Origin: Fonticula alba ATCC 38817
Lineage: Eukaryota; Protista; Nucleariida
DNA: 64,000 nt
Direction: 5' to 3' (one strand)
NCBI GenBank assembly: GCA_000388065.2
Contig: KB932204.1
Part shown: positions 47,267 through 59,423 of the stretch, one piece after another
Numbering within the stretch: the first letter of the stretch is position 1
How the letters are laid out: each line of letters opens with the position of its first letter
The notes under the pieces: model-generated
Seen by the model: the letters and a program-made list of their open reading frames with translations, nothing else
Database searches by the model: none
What the model was told of the DNA's origin: nothing
Program-made: the position numbers and the translations under genes

Positions 47267-49452
47267 GGGGGGGGGGGGGGGGACACCAACGGCGGGGCGG
47301 GAAAGGGCGGACACAGACAGGGACACACCTTCTTGACATGCCGCGAGTTTGGCCGACTGATGTCGGGCAGCGAGCTGAAGTCCATCAGACGCAGGAGGGA
47401 CAGGAAGAGGCTGCTCGAGCGCCGCAAGACCAGGTAGGAGGTATTGCAATAGTCCTTGAAGCGGAACCACATTTCGCCGGAGGTGCCGCCCATGGCATCG
47501 ACCATTTCCTGGCAAATCTTCATCGGCGGCGGGTAGGGCTTGGGGTCATTGCCGAAGATGAAGCCAAAATCGATGTGCAGCAGCCGGCCCTGGTCTGTGA
47601 GCATCAGGTTCTCCAGATGCCGATCGCCAATCCCAAGGATGTATGTGATGATGGAGTAGCCGGCTGAAGGGGGACAGGGTGAGTTCGGCAAATTGGGACA
47701 AGCAGCAAAAGAAGAACCAGCGCCCCCCCCCCCCCCCCCCCCACACACACGTCGCCACGCGGCAACAAAATGCCCCCGCACAAGGACGCACCACAACTCC
47801 GGAGGTAAATCTCGCGAGTGACCGGGTCCAAAGTGGGAGGGGCGGCAGCCGAGCCGCGGGCATTGGTCTGCACCACGGCCACGGGAGCCTGGAGGGGCGG
47901 CATGGCCGGCAGAGGCGGCGAGGCCATCTCCCCACCCTGCATAATGCCCTCGGCCGGGCGCATAAGAACCTCCGGCGGCAGGGACAGCGTCGCCCGGCCC
48001 TGCTCCTGCGGGAAGTTCAAGTCCGAGGACACGGCCAGTGTCGGGGTCACCAGGCTCAGCAATGACCCGGGCGAGGGGGAGGCCGGGGTCGAGGGGGTTC
48101 GCCGGAGCCCTGGCGACCCGGGGGTCGGCGCGTGGCCCGGTGCGGTGGCCAGTGTGGCGGATGCGGCCGAGGCCGCCGCCACCGAGGCGACAGCCTGCGA
48201 GAGGCGATCCGTCCCGGTAAGCGGGCCAGTCACGACGGCCGACCCGGCATCGGGGTCGGGCGAGGTGGCGCCGGGCGGCAAAATCGGCAGCGCCGGCGTG
48301 GAGGCCGAACTCAGGCCACCCCCCGGGGGGAGATCATCTCGAGGGCCGGAGCCCATGGGCCCGGTGCCGACCGAGGCATTGGACAAGGCGCGTCGCCGGG
48401 GGCCGACATCAAGCATCGAGCCGTGCAGGCTCGACTCCTCATCGGCCGACTCGGCATCCGACCCGAAGAGTGGCTCCGGCGTGGCTTGGTCCGCCGGGAT
48501 GGACGAGCCGCTGAAGCTGGAGAAGTCCCCGAGAGACATGCTGGAGCTGGACTCCAGAGTGACCCCCGGCGTGCGAGCCGTGGCCCCCGGAGGCAGGGGC
48601 GGGAAGAGCCCGGCTGCCGGGGCAGCGGCTGCTGCGGCGGCGGCCACGGCAGCAGCGGCGGCCGCGGCGGCCGCGGCCGCGGCATTGGCAGCGGCCGTCG
48701 CCGCGGCCTGCTGCTGCTCCTGCTGCTTCTTGGCCATGAACTTCACCAAGTCCCGGTCATATTGGTCCAGAATGGCCGACAGAGGGTGTGACCCCTCGAC
48801 AAATTCGATCATGCCCTCACTCTCGCTGGTGGCTAGAACGCCATACGGGCTCAGGGCCATGTCCATGCCTTCGTGCTTGAGAATGCGATCCATCAGCCGG
48901 AGGAAGGCCATCACCAGCTGGTCCTGACGAATGTCGTCGCCCATCTTGAAGATGACCTGATGCGATTAAGGGGGAAGGAAAGGGCATGGAGGGTGGGGGA
49001 CGGAGAGAGAGAGAGAGAGAGGCGGGAGGGAGGGAAGGAAATGAATGGTTTGCCAGGCGACACAGGGCCGAAGGGCGTGGACGGTTAGCAACCCTTCGGG
49101 GAGCCAGCGAAATGGGCAGGCCGCACACGTACACAGTATGTTCCCCCGCCCTCGCGCAGGAAGGTCAGCTTAAGGGGTTGCTTGGCCGACTTGAAGATGT
49201 AGCTGCCATCCGGGTCGACACCGACCACGGAGATGGTGGGATCCAGCGGATGGGCCAGCGGCTCGAACGAGTGCAGGTTGTACTTGGGATTGCGAATGAA
49301 GTCCGGCAGCTGGGAGATCAGTTTCTGCCGAGGGAGGCGGCTCTGACGCAGATCCGTCATCAAAGTCATGACATTGGCCACCAGGCGCTCCTGGCGCTGG
49401 ATGGTCTGGAAGGAAGCCTTGTATGAGGACTGCGTGGCAAACACACACATAG

Positions 49453-49492
<40 letters not shown>

Positions 49493-52400
49493 TTGTAGTT
49501 ATATGCACAGCGGACCGAGGAAAGCGGGTTGCCGGAGGAGACGACCAGCCAGAGGGAAAGCATGCGACATATCGCCGGGAGGGAAAGACACACAGGACAC
49601 CCATGAAGAGGAAGGGGAGGGGCAGGAGAAGAGGAGCAGGAGAAGACACCCGGACGGGCGGTCAGTAGCGGGATGGAGAGCATCGGCACCGATGCAGCAT
49701 GCGCGCCAGGAGGTGGGGTACAGGGAGTGCGCACATTCTCCAGGAAAGCCATGAACACATTCTTCAGCAGCTTGAAGTGCCCGGCGTAGCGGGAGTTTTC
49801 CATGACCGCTTCCACATGCAGCTGCCAGTAGAGACTCAGACAGAGAGCCGGGGTCCGGAGGGATCGGGTCATCAGCAGGTGTACCACCGGCGAGCGGCTC
49901 ACAAATAGCCGCTCCACCGGGCCAGCTCGCTGGAGGAGCGCCACAACGGCCGGATTCTCCTGCCACACATCTTCCGGGGTTCCGGCCGACGGGCTGGCCA
50001 TCGGCCCGTGTTTCCCCTCGCCCGACAGGTCGACCAGCAGGTCAGCCGGGGGGAGGATCTCGAACTTCAACGACTCCACCAGGGAGAGCTGAATCAGCAG
50101 AAGCTCCTGCAGGCGGGGGGGGGGGGGGGGGGGGGAGGGAGGAGCGAAGACGCCATCGAGACGGCACCGTGTGAGGAGTGGAACGGAAGGGGAAACCCAG
50201 GGGGCGGCTGGAAGGGAAACACAAAGCCAGAGCGTACTTCGACAGGACGCGTGGCCGTTTGGGCCACGGCAAATGCCCGGGCCGGGGCCATGTTGACAAA
50301 TTCCTTGGTAAGCAACGTCAGGCAGTCCACCAAGGAGAGGGGGGCCCACAGATGGAGGATGGAGAAGAGATGCTCGCGCTGCTTCTGGTTGCGCCGTGCG
50401 AAGTGATACAGCAGGGTGGGCAGACCCTGGGGTACGGCGAGCAAAAAAAAAAAAAAAGGGGCGAAAGGGATGTGAGAAGACCATGCACAGAGGGGGCAGA
50501 AGGACAGCCCGAACAAGGACGCGAACCATCTTCTCCTTGGCCAAGAAAAAGCGATACTGCCAGAGGGGCTGCTCCAGGTGCTCCGGTAGCCGACGGTCAT
50601 GAACCGGCTGGCGGCACTCAGCCTTCCGGGGGGGGGGNNNNNNNNNNNNNNNNNNNNNNNNGGGGGGGAGGGAAGGTGAGCGAGGGCCGGGCACCGGGAT
50701 GGAAGTGCCGGTGAGAGGAAAAGGAAGCAGCAGGAAGGAGAGAGAGAGAGAGAGAGAGAGAGACCCATGGGCAGGATACCTCGAGGAGCGTGCGCATACG
50801 CGGGTCCGGAGCTTCGGCCGACATGAAGGACAGGTTTTGGTCCGGGTCGCGGATGGTCTGCTTCAAAGCGTTGAACATCTGCTGGATGGGATTCGACGCA
50901 AGGTGCAGCCGCATGCCACTGGGCCCGGCCGATGCGGGGAAACTGCCCGCCAGGCCGAGGGCCCCGGCGCCGGGCCCCTCCATGGCAGCCGTCATGGCCA
51001 GGAACTTCATCTGTGGATCAAACATTTGGGCAGTGAAGCGCGGCAGGTCGGACAGCTCCTCCCGCCGGAAGATCACCTGCGGCTTGATGTCACCCGTGAC
51101 GGAGGCCTTGAGATCGACCTGGACCAGAGGGACGACGAGAGGACGAGGGAAAGCCGGGAACAATGTCAGAACAGGCAGGAAGGAAAGAAAGGCCGAGGGC
51201 CGGCCGGGTTTTGGCCGGCTGGCCCCTGCTCCCGCCGGGCCTCCGCCCGCCGCCCCCTCGCCTGCCAGAAAAATGTCCCTTCACTTGGGGAGGGGGGGAA
51301 TAACATACAAAGGAGTCGTGCAGGATTGTCTGCTCGAAGCGCTGCAGGCACACGTGAATGACACTGGCACCAAGGTTTTCGATTTGGTGGGCGATCAAGC
51401 GCTCGAGCTCCATACGCGAGCGACCGTTCAGCCAGCTGAAGGACTGGCCCTCCTGCGCGCGCTCGTACATGTCGCACAAGGACACGCAAGTTTGCAGAGC
51501 AGTCAGCGAGTCACGCATGGCGGTCGAGACGGCCGGAGCGCCCGGGCCACCGGCACCCGGGGCCGATGAGGGGCCCCGGTTGCCGCGACTCTGGGCCAGG
51601 GCGGCAGCGCGCTTGGCCTCCTCGGCCTCGTTGGCCACTCGGGGCCCAAAGTGCGGAGTGCCCGGAACAATCGAGCCGTCCGCCTCGCGTCCAGGCCAGA
51701 GGACGCACGACCGGAGGCCCTGGAGCAGGCGATTGACGCGCGAGCCGGAGGGCAAAAAATTCCCGGCATCCGCACGGGGCACGGCCACCGAGTTGCGTGG
51801 TGCCTGGCTCCCCGGAGGGAAGGTAAACTGCAACTGCTGCAGGGTATACTCCCCGTCGCCCGACACGGAAAAGCCCAGCCGGCGGAGCACATCAAAGTCG
51901 ATGCTTTCATCGATCGGCGCGATGCCCGGAATGATGGGGGCCCCGGTCGGGCCACGAAGCGACCCGTCCAGGTCGTCCGAGGCGGCCGGGGGGGAACCCC
52001 CCATTTCCCGCAGGGAGAAGCGCCCCTCGCCGGCCGGCAAGCGAGTGAGGACCGAGGGCAGGGGGATCGGCTCGAACAGGCGCAGTGTCGTCCCACCGAG
52101 GACCCGCAAGTGCCGGGGCTCCAGGCGATCATAGAGCGTCAGGCACAACAGCGCGTCGGCCGGCAAGTCACACACCCGGACCGGGAAGGTTACCCACCCG
52201 TCGCCCACCCAACGTCCGATGAGGCTGTGATCCGGCAACAGGGCCGACACCGAGGAGGAGTGGAGCTGGTCCGTGGGCATCGGGCCGTCGGGCTGCGGGG
52301 CCGGAGTGGAGGCCGAGCTGGTGGTCGTCCCGGCGCGCACGCCCTCGATGCGCTGGAGGATCAGGTCCAGCGGGTCGTCATTGGCGCCGGCGCTGCTGGT

Positions 52401-52873
52401 GGCCGAGGCACTGGCGCTGGCTCCGGGAGTCGTGTCCGCCGAGGACGCAGGCCCCCGGCGGGGCATGTCCGGGAGCCGGCGAAGGACCACATTGCCAGGG
52501 AGGACAAGCTGCGAGCCGCCAGAGAAGATCCGACAAGAGACAATCAGCTCGGTGAAGGCACTGCCAGGGGGTTGGGGCGGAAAGAAAGCGGTGAGTCAAG
52601 AGAAAGCCCGGAGGGAGAAGTAGGAGGAGGGCGAGGAGGAGATAGAGGGGCGAGAGGGGGAGCACGGGATGGACAGCAGCAGAGCGGGGTCAGCTGCCCC
52701 GGGGTCGAGGTAGGGCGAAGAGTGCACGCACTGGCCATCACGCAGGCCATGCTCAACGTAGGGCCGGGCGAACTCCGGCGCGTGGTCGGCCAGTGCCGAC
52801 GGCGAAAAGGGATTCCGCCCGTCAAGTTGCTCAGCAGGCGGGAAGAGAAAACGCAGTCCCGCCACACCGGTGC
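46727..52873 (-). CDS. VPS34: Class III phosphatidylinositol 3-kinase Vps34; multi-exon, first and last exons uncertain
   Basis: C2 domain: ELIVSCRIFSGGSQLVLP, WVTFPVRVCDLPADALLCLTLYD, LGGTTLRLF. Helical domain: LWQYRFFL, LWAPLSLVDCLTLL, LSLVESLKFE, LYWQLHVE. Kinase: IFKSAKQPLKLTF, VIFKMGDDIRQDQL, YILGIGDRHLENL, HIDFGFIFGNDPKPYPPPMKI. Secure from ~52873 to the donor after VKK near 47329. A possible 5' exon (LLSCGLD) lies near 53590-53630. Confidence 0.93.
47193..47282. repeat. About 90-nt G run (poly-C on the coding strand) in a Vps34 intron
   Basis: Visible with two interruptions; the length is unreliable in short-read data. Confidence 0.9.
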
Positions 52874-52980
52874 TGTGAGGGGGAGGGGGGGGGGGGGTTC
52901 GTTGCGGGGAGGGAAAATGGCAGACGAGCGGAAAGAGAGTCAGGAACCGTGTGGCCGTGTGTGTGGGGCGGGGGGAGGGA

Positions 52981-53014
<34 letters not shown>

Positions 53015-53975
53015 ACAAGGACAAGGAGACCGGCAGGGAGGCGAATCATACGCGAGGGAGGGGGGGAAAAGGACAGGCAAGCGCGGAGTCAAACGAAAAA
53101 GCGAGGGGAAGATTAGAAATCTATGCGCGGATAGGATAACGACAGAAAGAAGCATAATGTGAGCGACAACGAGTTAATGAAAGAAAAGATGAAGATGAGA
53201 AAAGAGAAGAAAAAGATAGAACAGAAGAAAGAAGAAGAGGGGGTGGAAAGGGTTATAAAGGGCGGGGAGGGGTAGGGAGAGGGGTGAAGATAAGGCACAT
53301 TTGCGCCCCGGGGCTCAAGCGCTGTCAGTTTTGAATTGTTTCCGCGGGCTGGGAGGGGGGAGGGCTGTGGGGGCGCGCCTGTGAGATCAACCTGCCCGCT
53401 GCCTCGGGCACTTTGCTTCCCGGCCGGGTGCGCTTGCATACACCCCTCGCCCACCGCCCCCTCCCCGGGGACCATCTCCGCGCCCAGACCCTCCCCCCCC
53501 CCGGCAACTGCCTGCTCGGTGCGCATGTGCGAAGCGTGAACGCGAACTTCCCAGTGGGGGGGGGGGGGGGGGGGATCGATTGAATCCAGCAGGCTCCGGC
53601 ATCCAAGCCACAAGAGAGCAAGTCGTCCGGCGCACGAGCTGGGTGTGCCAACTGACTCCAGGTCTTGGCGGAAGCGCGATCTGCACGCGCGCGTTTGTGC
53701 CTATGCAAGTGTCGGGGGGTTGGGGGGGGGCCGAACGCAAGTCCGATTCCCGTCTGCCCCCGGGCCAGGACAGTCCTCCCAAAGATTTGGGCAGTCATCT
53801 GCAGCATGAAAGGAAGCAATAATACAAGAGGACCAGAGACGAGCATTTTTCGCATGCTCACTTGATCCAAGGGACACTCCTAGATGGAGGAACTCGGCCC
53901 TTGGCCACCACCGCCGGTGCCGATGCCGGGTGTTGCCAGCCTCTTGTTCCCCCGCCCCCTTCCGCCCCTGTTGAC

Positions 53976-53985
<10 letters not shown>

Positions 53986-54050
<65 letters not shown>

Positions 54051-54059
54051 GAGAGAGAG
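53986..54059. repeat. (GA)n microsatellite
   Basis: Directly visible, with one gc interruption. Confidence 0.95.
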
Positions 54060-54673
54060 CGAGGTGTGTTGTGTGAGGGCCCTCGCCGGTCGGGCCAACC
54101 GTCCCCCCCGCGGCGAAATGGGCGATGAAAACATTCCTGATCACGCCCCGACATTTTCCTTTTTGATGCACTGCGTGATATGTCGATCTGGTGTGCTAAC
54201 TCCAGAACAAAGCCACCTCGGATCAAAGAGAGGGGGGTATATTTTCTCCCACCGAGGCGGGAGAGAGGGGCGAAAGAGAAGGTGCGGCAGAGGCTGGGTC
54301 GCGGAGGAAAACTGACGAGGTCGCATGCTCGGCTCCTTCCTCGCGCACCCCGGCCCGCGAGTGCCGCCTCTTTGGGAGGCGGACAAAAAAAAAGACCAGC
54401 TATTCCTCCTGCATCATCCATGTGGGGAAGTTGAAGCTCCTCTTTCCGGGGTAAGTAGTGTACAGCCAGACGAGCCTGCCATGTGCAGGCGTGCGCATGA
54501 TTGTGTGTGGGGGGGGGGGAGGCTACGCAGATGCATGTGCCTGGACGGGAGGACCAAATAAGAAGACCCGAAGGGGGATGCGGCGGCGGGAAGCCGGCGC
54601 ACATCGTGCAGCCCCCCCCCCCCCCCCCCCCTCGGTCCCCCTCCTCCGCCTGGCCCGCGGCCGAGAGCCTTCC

Positions 54674-57600
54674 TCAAAAGCCGGCCACCACGGCCGGGCG
54701 CTCAAGGCACGCCAGCCACGGCCCAAGAGTCGAGTCCAGGCGTTGGCCATGGCCGCCGCCCTCAGTGGCAGGGACAGTGCGCCGTGCGGCCGCCGGCGAG
54801 TAGATCCCCATGTCGGCGATTCCCTCGAGGTCCGGCTCGCTGGCGACAACGGCCACACGGGCGAGCCACTCGGCAGCCCGGTCGGCCGTTGAGCCGGCAG
54901 CCCAGGCCACCCGCTGGCGGAGGGCCTCCAGCGCGGCGGCCACCGAGGCATCCGCCCCCGGAACCGGCTGCTGAGCAAAGTGCTGGGTGGCCTCCTCGAG
55001 GCTGGCCTCGGTCGGAGGCAGGGACACCAGGATATTGTGCACCAGAGACCCGACACCGCCAAGCCCCGACCCACGGGTGTAGTAGTCCCGCTGGTCCAGC
55101 CAATGGCGCCAGCACTCGGTGCCGGCCAGGCGCGACCCGCGCGCCAGGCGAGCCACCATGCGCCAGGAGTCCTGGTCGCGAACGCGGCCGGACACCGCGA
55201 AATCCAGCACCCGCTGGATCTGCCCCTGGCTGCGGACCATGACCAGGGCATCGAGCAGGAGATCCTGCTCGATCGGCAGAGTCCGCGGGCTGACGAACCG
55301 ATCGAAAAGCCAGTCCAGCCGGGGATCGTCGGCGGCATCGGAGGCAGACGCCCCGGCACCCAGGGCAACGGCCATGCTTTGCGGGTCGGCGGCCGCCAAA
55401 GCCGCCGGGTCAGCGGCCGCCGCCGTTCCGGCCATCAGGTCAAAGAGGTCAACCGCGGGACCGGTCACCTCGGGCAGGCCAAGGCGCACGGCCTGGCGCA
55501 AAACCAAGCCATACAGGAGGGCCTGGCGCGCGGCGTCGGCCGCCGCCGGGCCATCGGTCTCCTGGCCAGATCCGGCGCCGGTGTCGGCGGCCACCGCCAC
55601 CGAGAAGATCCCCTCATCGGCCCCGGCGTCCAGTCGCTCGGCCAGTGCCCGGACATCGGCCTCCAGGCGCGCGACAAATTGATGGCGCTCCAGCAGCGCA
55701 CGAACGAGCGATGTCTGGAAGGCGCGCATCGCATCATCCGCGGCCGGGTGGGCCTCCGGCGAAAAGCCATCCCGCAGCCGCGCCAGGTAGCTGAGGAGCT
55801 GCTCCACCGGCTCCAGGGCCCCCTCATGGCAGGCATAGGTGTCCAGGAAATCCAGCACCTCGACCGGGTCAGCCACCTCGGCCAACAGCAGAGCCATGCC
55901 ATCGGACACCAGCCCGGCCCGGTCGACGGCCGGCAGCAAATCCACGCCCTGCGGGCTGGACGCAGCCAGGGCCGCGCCGATGCGCTGGAGGAACCCCGGC
56001 TCGGCGTAGTGCACGCGCACCGGCGCCGCACGGCGGCCATTCAGCACAAACCACTCGGCGCCCTGGGCGGGCAACGGCGGCGACCCGGTGGCGGAAGAGG
56101 CTGCCACTTCGCTGAGGTTGACCGGGGCGCTGTCGGCCGGCAGGAAGAAGAGATCGGACTTGTGGACCGGCGTGCCGGCAGGGGCCCCAGTCGCGGCCGC
56201 ATACACGGTCATCGGGATGGGCCAGAGGGAAGCCGGCTCGGTGGGGGCCTTCCCGGGCTGCTCCGGCTTCGGGGAGAAGAAGCGCTCTTGCTGAACATTC
56301 CAAGTGCCACTGGAGTCAGAGGCGCGGGAAACCGTCAACAGGGGGAAGCCCGCCTGCTGGGTCCACGACTGAAGTAGGGAGCTGAGGACCGGTGCATGGA
56401 TGCCCGCATCGGCGGTCATGGCCGCGATGAAGTCCGCGCCGGAAGCATTGCCAAAGGCGAAGTCCGCCAAGTACCGGCGAATGCCACTCACGAAGGGGGT
56501 GTCCTCGGTGCCCGGGAGAGGAGGGAGGGCATTCGAGTCGTCGCCGCTGTCGTCGCTGTCATCGCTGGAGTCGTCAAGAGACGAAGAGTCATCATGAGAC
56601 GAAGAGCCATCATGAGACGAAGAGTGGGAGGACTCCTCATCGTGGGATGACGCAGAGGCTGAGGACGAAGTTGAGGAGGAGGAGGCTGAAGTTGAAGAGG
56701 AAGAAGACGACGAAGAGGAGGCCGAGGAGGAGGCCGAGGAGGAGGCCGACGCCGAGGAGGAAGCCGAGCTAGAGCTTGAGGCAGGAGCCGAGGTGGAGGC
56801 CGAGGATGAGCCGGAAGTGGATGGAGCTGAGGCGGAGGTCGAAGCGGAAGCGGAAGCGGAGGCAGAGGCAGAGGCAGACCCTGAATCGGAGGCCGGAGCC
56901 GAGCCAGAAGCCGGAGCCGAGCCGGAAGCCGGAGCCGAGCCAGAAGCCGGAGCCGAGTCAGAAGCCGGAGCCGAGCCAGAAGCCGGAGCGGAACCAGAAG
57001 CCGGAGCCGAGCCAGAGGCCGGAGCCGAGCCAGAGGCCGAAATCTCCACCCCATCCGAAACCTCATCAAGCGCACGACGACGGCGAGTCACACGTCGACG
57101 GTGAATCGTCTCACCCTGTTCCTCGCGGGAATCGTCATCAAGCAGGGCATCCATGGTGACCTGCAGCATCCGAAGGACAGTGGCCCCCTTCTCGTAGGTG
57201 ATACTGTCAAACAACTGCTGGATTTCCGGAGTAGTCGCGGTCTTGGGCGCGGCCATGGCCCGAGTGGATGGCCGGGCATCGGCCTCCAGAGCTGGCCACG
57301 CGTGCGCTGCATACAACCCAGCGTCCGAGCCGTCCAGCAGCCAGCCAGGGGCCGGGGTGGTCCCGGCAGCGCCGAAGCTCCACGCCGAGAAGAAGGTCGC
57401 CGGGCTCTCACTCAGCCACAGGTCGCCCCACCAAGCAGGAGTGGCCAAATTGCCGAACCACTGGTGCACGATCTCGTGGGCCAAAACCTCGGCCGCGCGC
57501 TGGCGCTGGGCCACCGTGGCCCGGACCGGGTCCACCAGGATATACGCCTCGCGGAAGGTCATCAGGCCCCAGTTCTCCATGGCGCCGGCCGAGAAGTCCG

Positions 57601-59348
57601 GCACGGCCAGGATGTCCAACTTCGGCAGGTGGTACCGCTGGCCAAAGAGCCGAGTCAACTGGGGGATGATGTGCTCGGCCGTGTCGAGGACCGGAGCGCG
57701 GAAGGCCGGCCCAGCGGGGCCGATCGGCCGCGAGCACACCCGCACCACGAGCGGGCCCCCGGCCGGGCCGAGGTCCGCCAGCTGGCGCTCCTCGCAGTCG
57801 AGGCGCCCCACGGCGAAGGCCATCAGGTAGGTGCTCATCCGGGGAGACTGGCCAAAGACCAGGGTACGGGCATCCGGCTCGGGAGACGCGAGCCCGGGAA
57901 GTTCCCCGGCGAAGGAGAACCCCGGGAGCAGGTTCCCGGTCGACGCGGGCTCCTCCCGGTCGACTGGCATGTTGCTCAGGCCGACATGCGTGCCAGGCAC
58001 ATTGATCAGCCGCACGGAGAAGGCTGCCTTGTGCGCCGGCTCATCGAGGCAGGGGAAGGCCTTGCGCGCGTCGGTCGGCTCAAACTGCGTGACCGCCAGC
58101 CACTCCTGCTCGGGCCGACTGTCGGAGGAGATGTCGTTGGTGTTGGCGCTGCCGCCATCGCCGCCACCGGCACCGCCGAAGGGGTGATACCCGCTGCGAT
58201 AGTATCCGGCCATATCGTCGGCCAGGGGAGCCATGAAGTCCATGACAAGGGTGTATGCCCCGGCCGGGAGGCTGGCAGCCGGACCGGTGGCCGACTGGAG
58301 GAGGATGACCAGCTGGTCCCGCTCCTTGCTTTGAATGATCCTGCAAAAGCGCGGCGGGNNNNNNNNNNNNNNNAGAGGCGGCAGGAGCAGCCGGAGATGG
58401 CGCGATCCTGGTGTGAGAAGGGGTGTGAAGCGGGCGCAAACTCCGTGCAAAAAAAAGCCCACAACAGAAAAGGAGGTGGGGAAAAAAATGATAAAGCAAA
58501 ACACGCACGTCACTTGGTCCTTGGTGAAGCTGGGCACATCGCGAGCGGCCATCCGCTGGGCCTCAGCTCCGGCGCGTGCATTTAGCGATACAAATGAAGT
58601 GGTCAGGGAGGGAGCGGCGTTGATCACCAGGAACTCCACCTCCTCTTTAACCTGGGATCATGGAGGGGGGGAGGGGGCGGTTCCAAGCCATCATGGTGAC
58701 ATAGATGGAAGGGAAAAGATAGCCGACGAGGCCGCCGTGGTGGTGTGTTAGGCCGCAATGTGCAGGGACATAGCAAGAGAGAGAGAGAGAGAGAGAGAGA
58801 AAGAGCGAAAGCCCCTCGTGCCACATGGACGCCGGGGCGGGCCGCGGAGGGGAAGGCACAGCAGCGACATTGCCATCCACCAGGACATGGACGCACCTCC
58901 AGATCGATGGACACACGGCCACCGAAGCGCAGCGACTCGAAGTCCGTGTACAGGTCAAGGGCATAGTGCTCGGAGGACACCGCCTCCGGCAGGCGAGGCT
59001 TGGCCCAATACTGGTCGGGGTTGAGGCCCTCGCTCGGGCCGGAGCCGCTGTTGTCGGGACCGGGCCGGGGGGTGCTCGGGCCGCGCGAAGCCACCGCCAT
59101 GGCCGTGATGAACAGAGCCAAGCCGACCACGGCAGCGATGTGCCACACGCGCAAGACGAAGCCCGAGGCCGTTTGACGCCTGCGGCCGGGCGGCTCGCCG
59201 CCCGGGCCATCACGCACCGGGGCATAGCCCGTCGGTGAGAGGGCGGCATTGTTGGAATGGTTGCGTGCTCCAACCGGAGGGCGCTGCACGAAGGGGCCGT
59301 TTGAGGCGCCGAGCAGCAGCAGCGGCTTGGTCCAGAAGGGAGCAGCTG

Positions 59349-59423
<75 letters not shown>

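Noticed and set aside
53325-53870. Signal-peptide-like ORF MRKMLVSGPLVLLLPFMLQ...
   Set aside because: Codon usage is unlike the real exons and there is no supported gene structure. Part of this frame (LLSCGLD) may instead be a VPS34 5' exon.
54440-54460. U1 snRNA-like 5' end (TACTTACC) on the minus strand
   Set aside because: It is just the complement of a GGTAAGTA stretch; no U1 stem-loops or Sm site follow.
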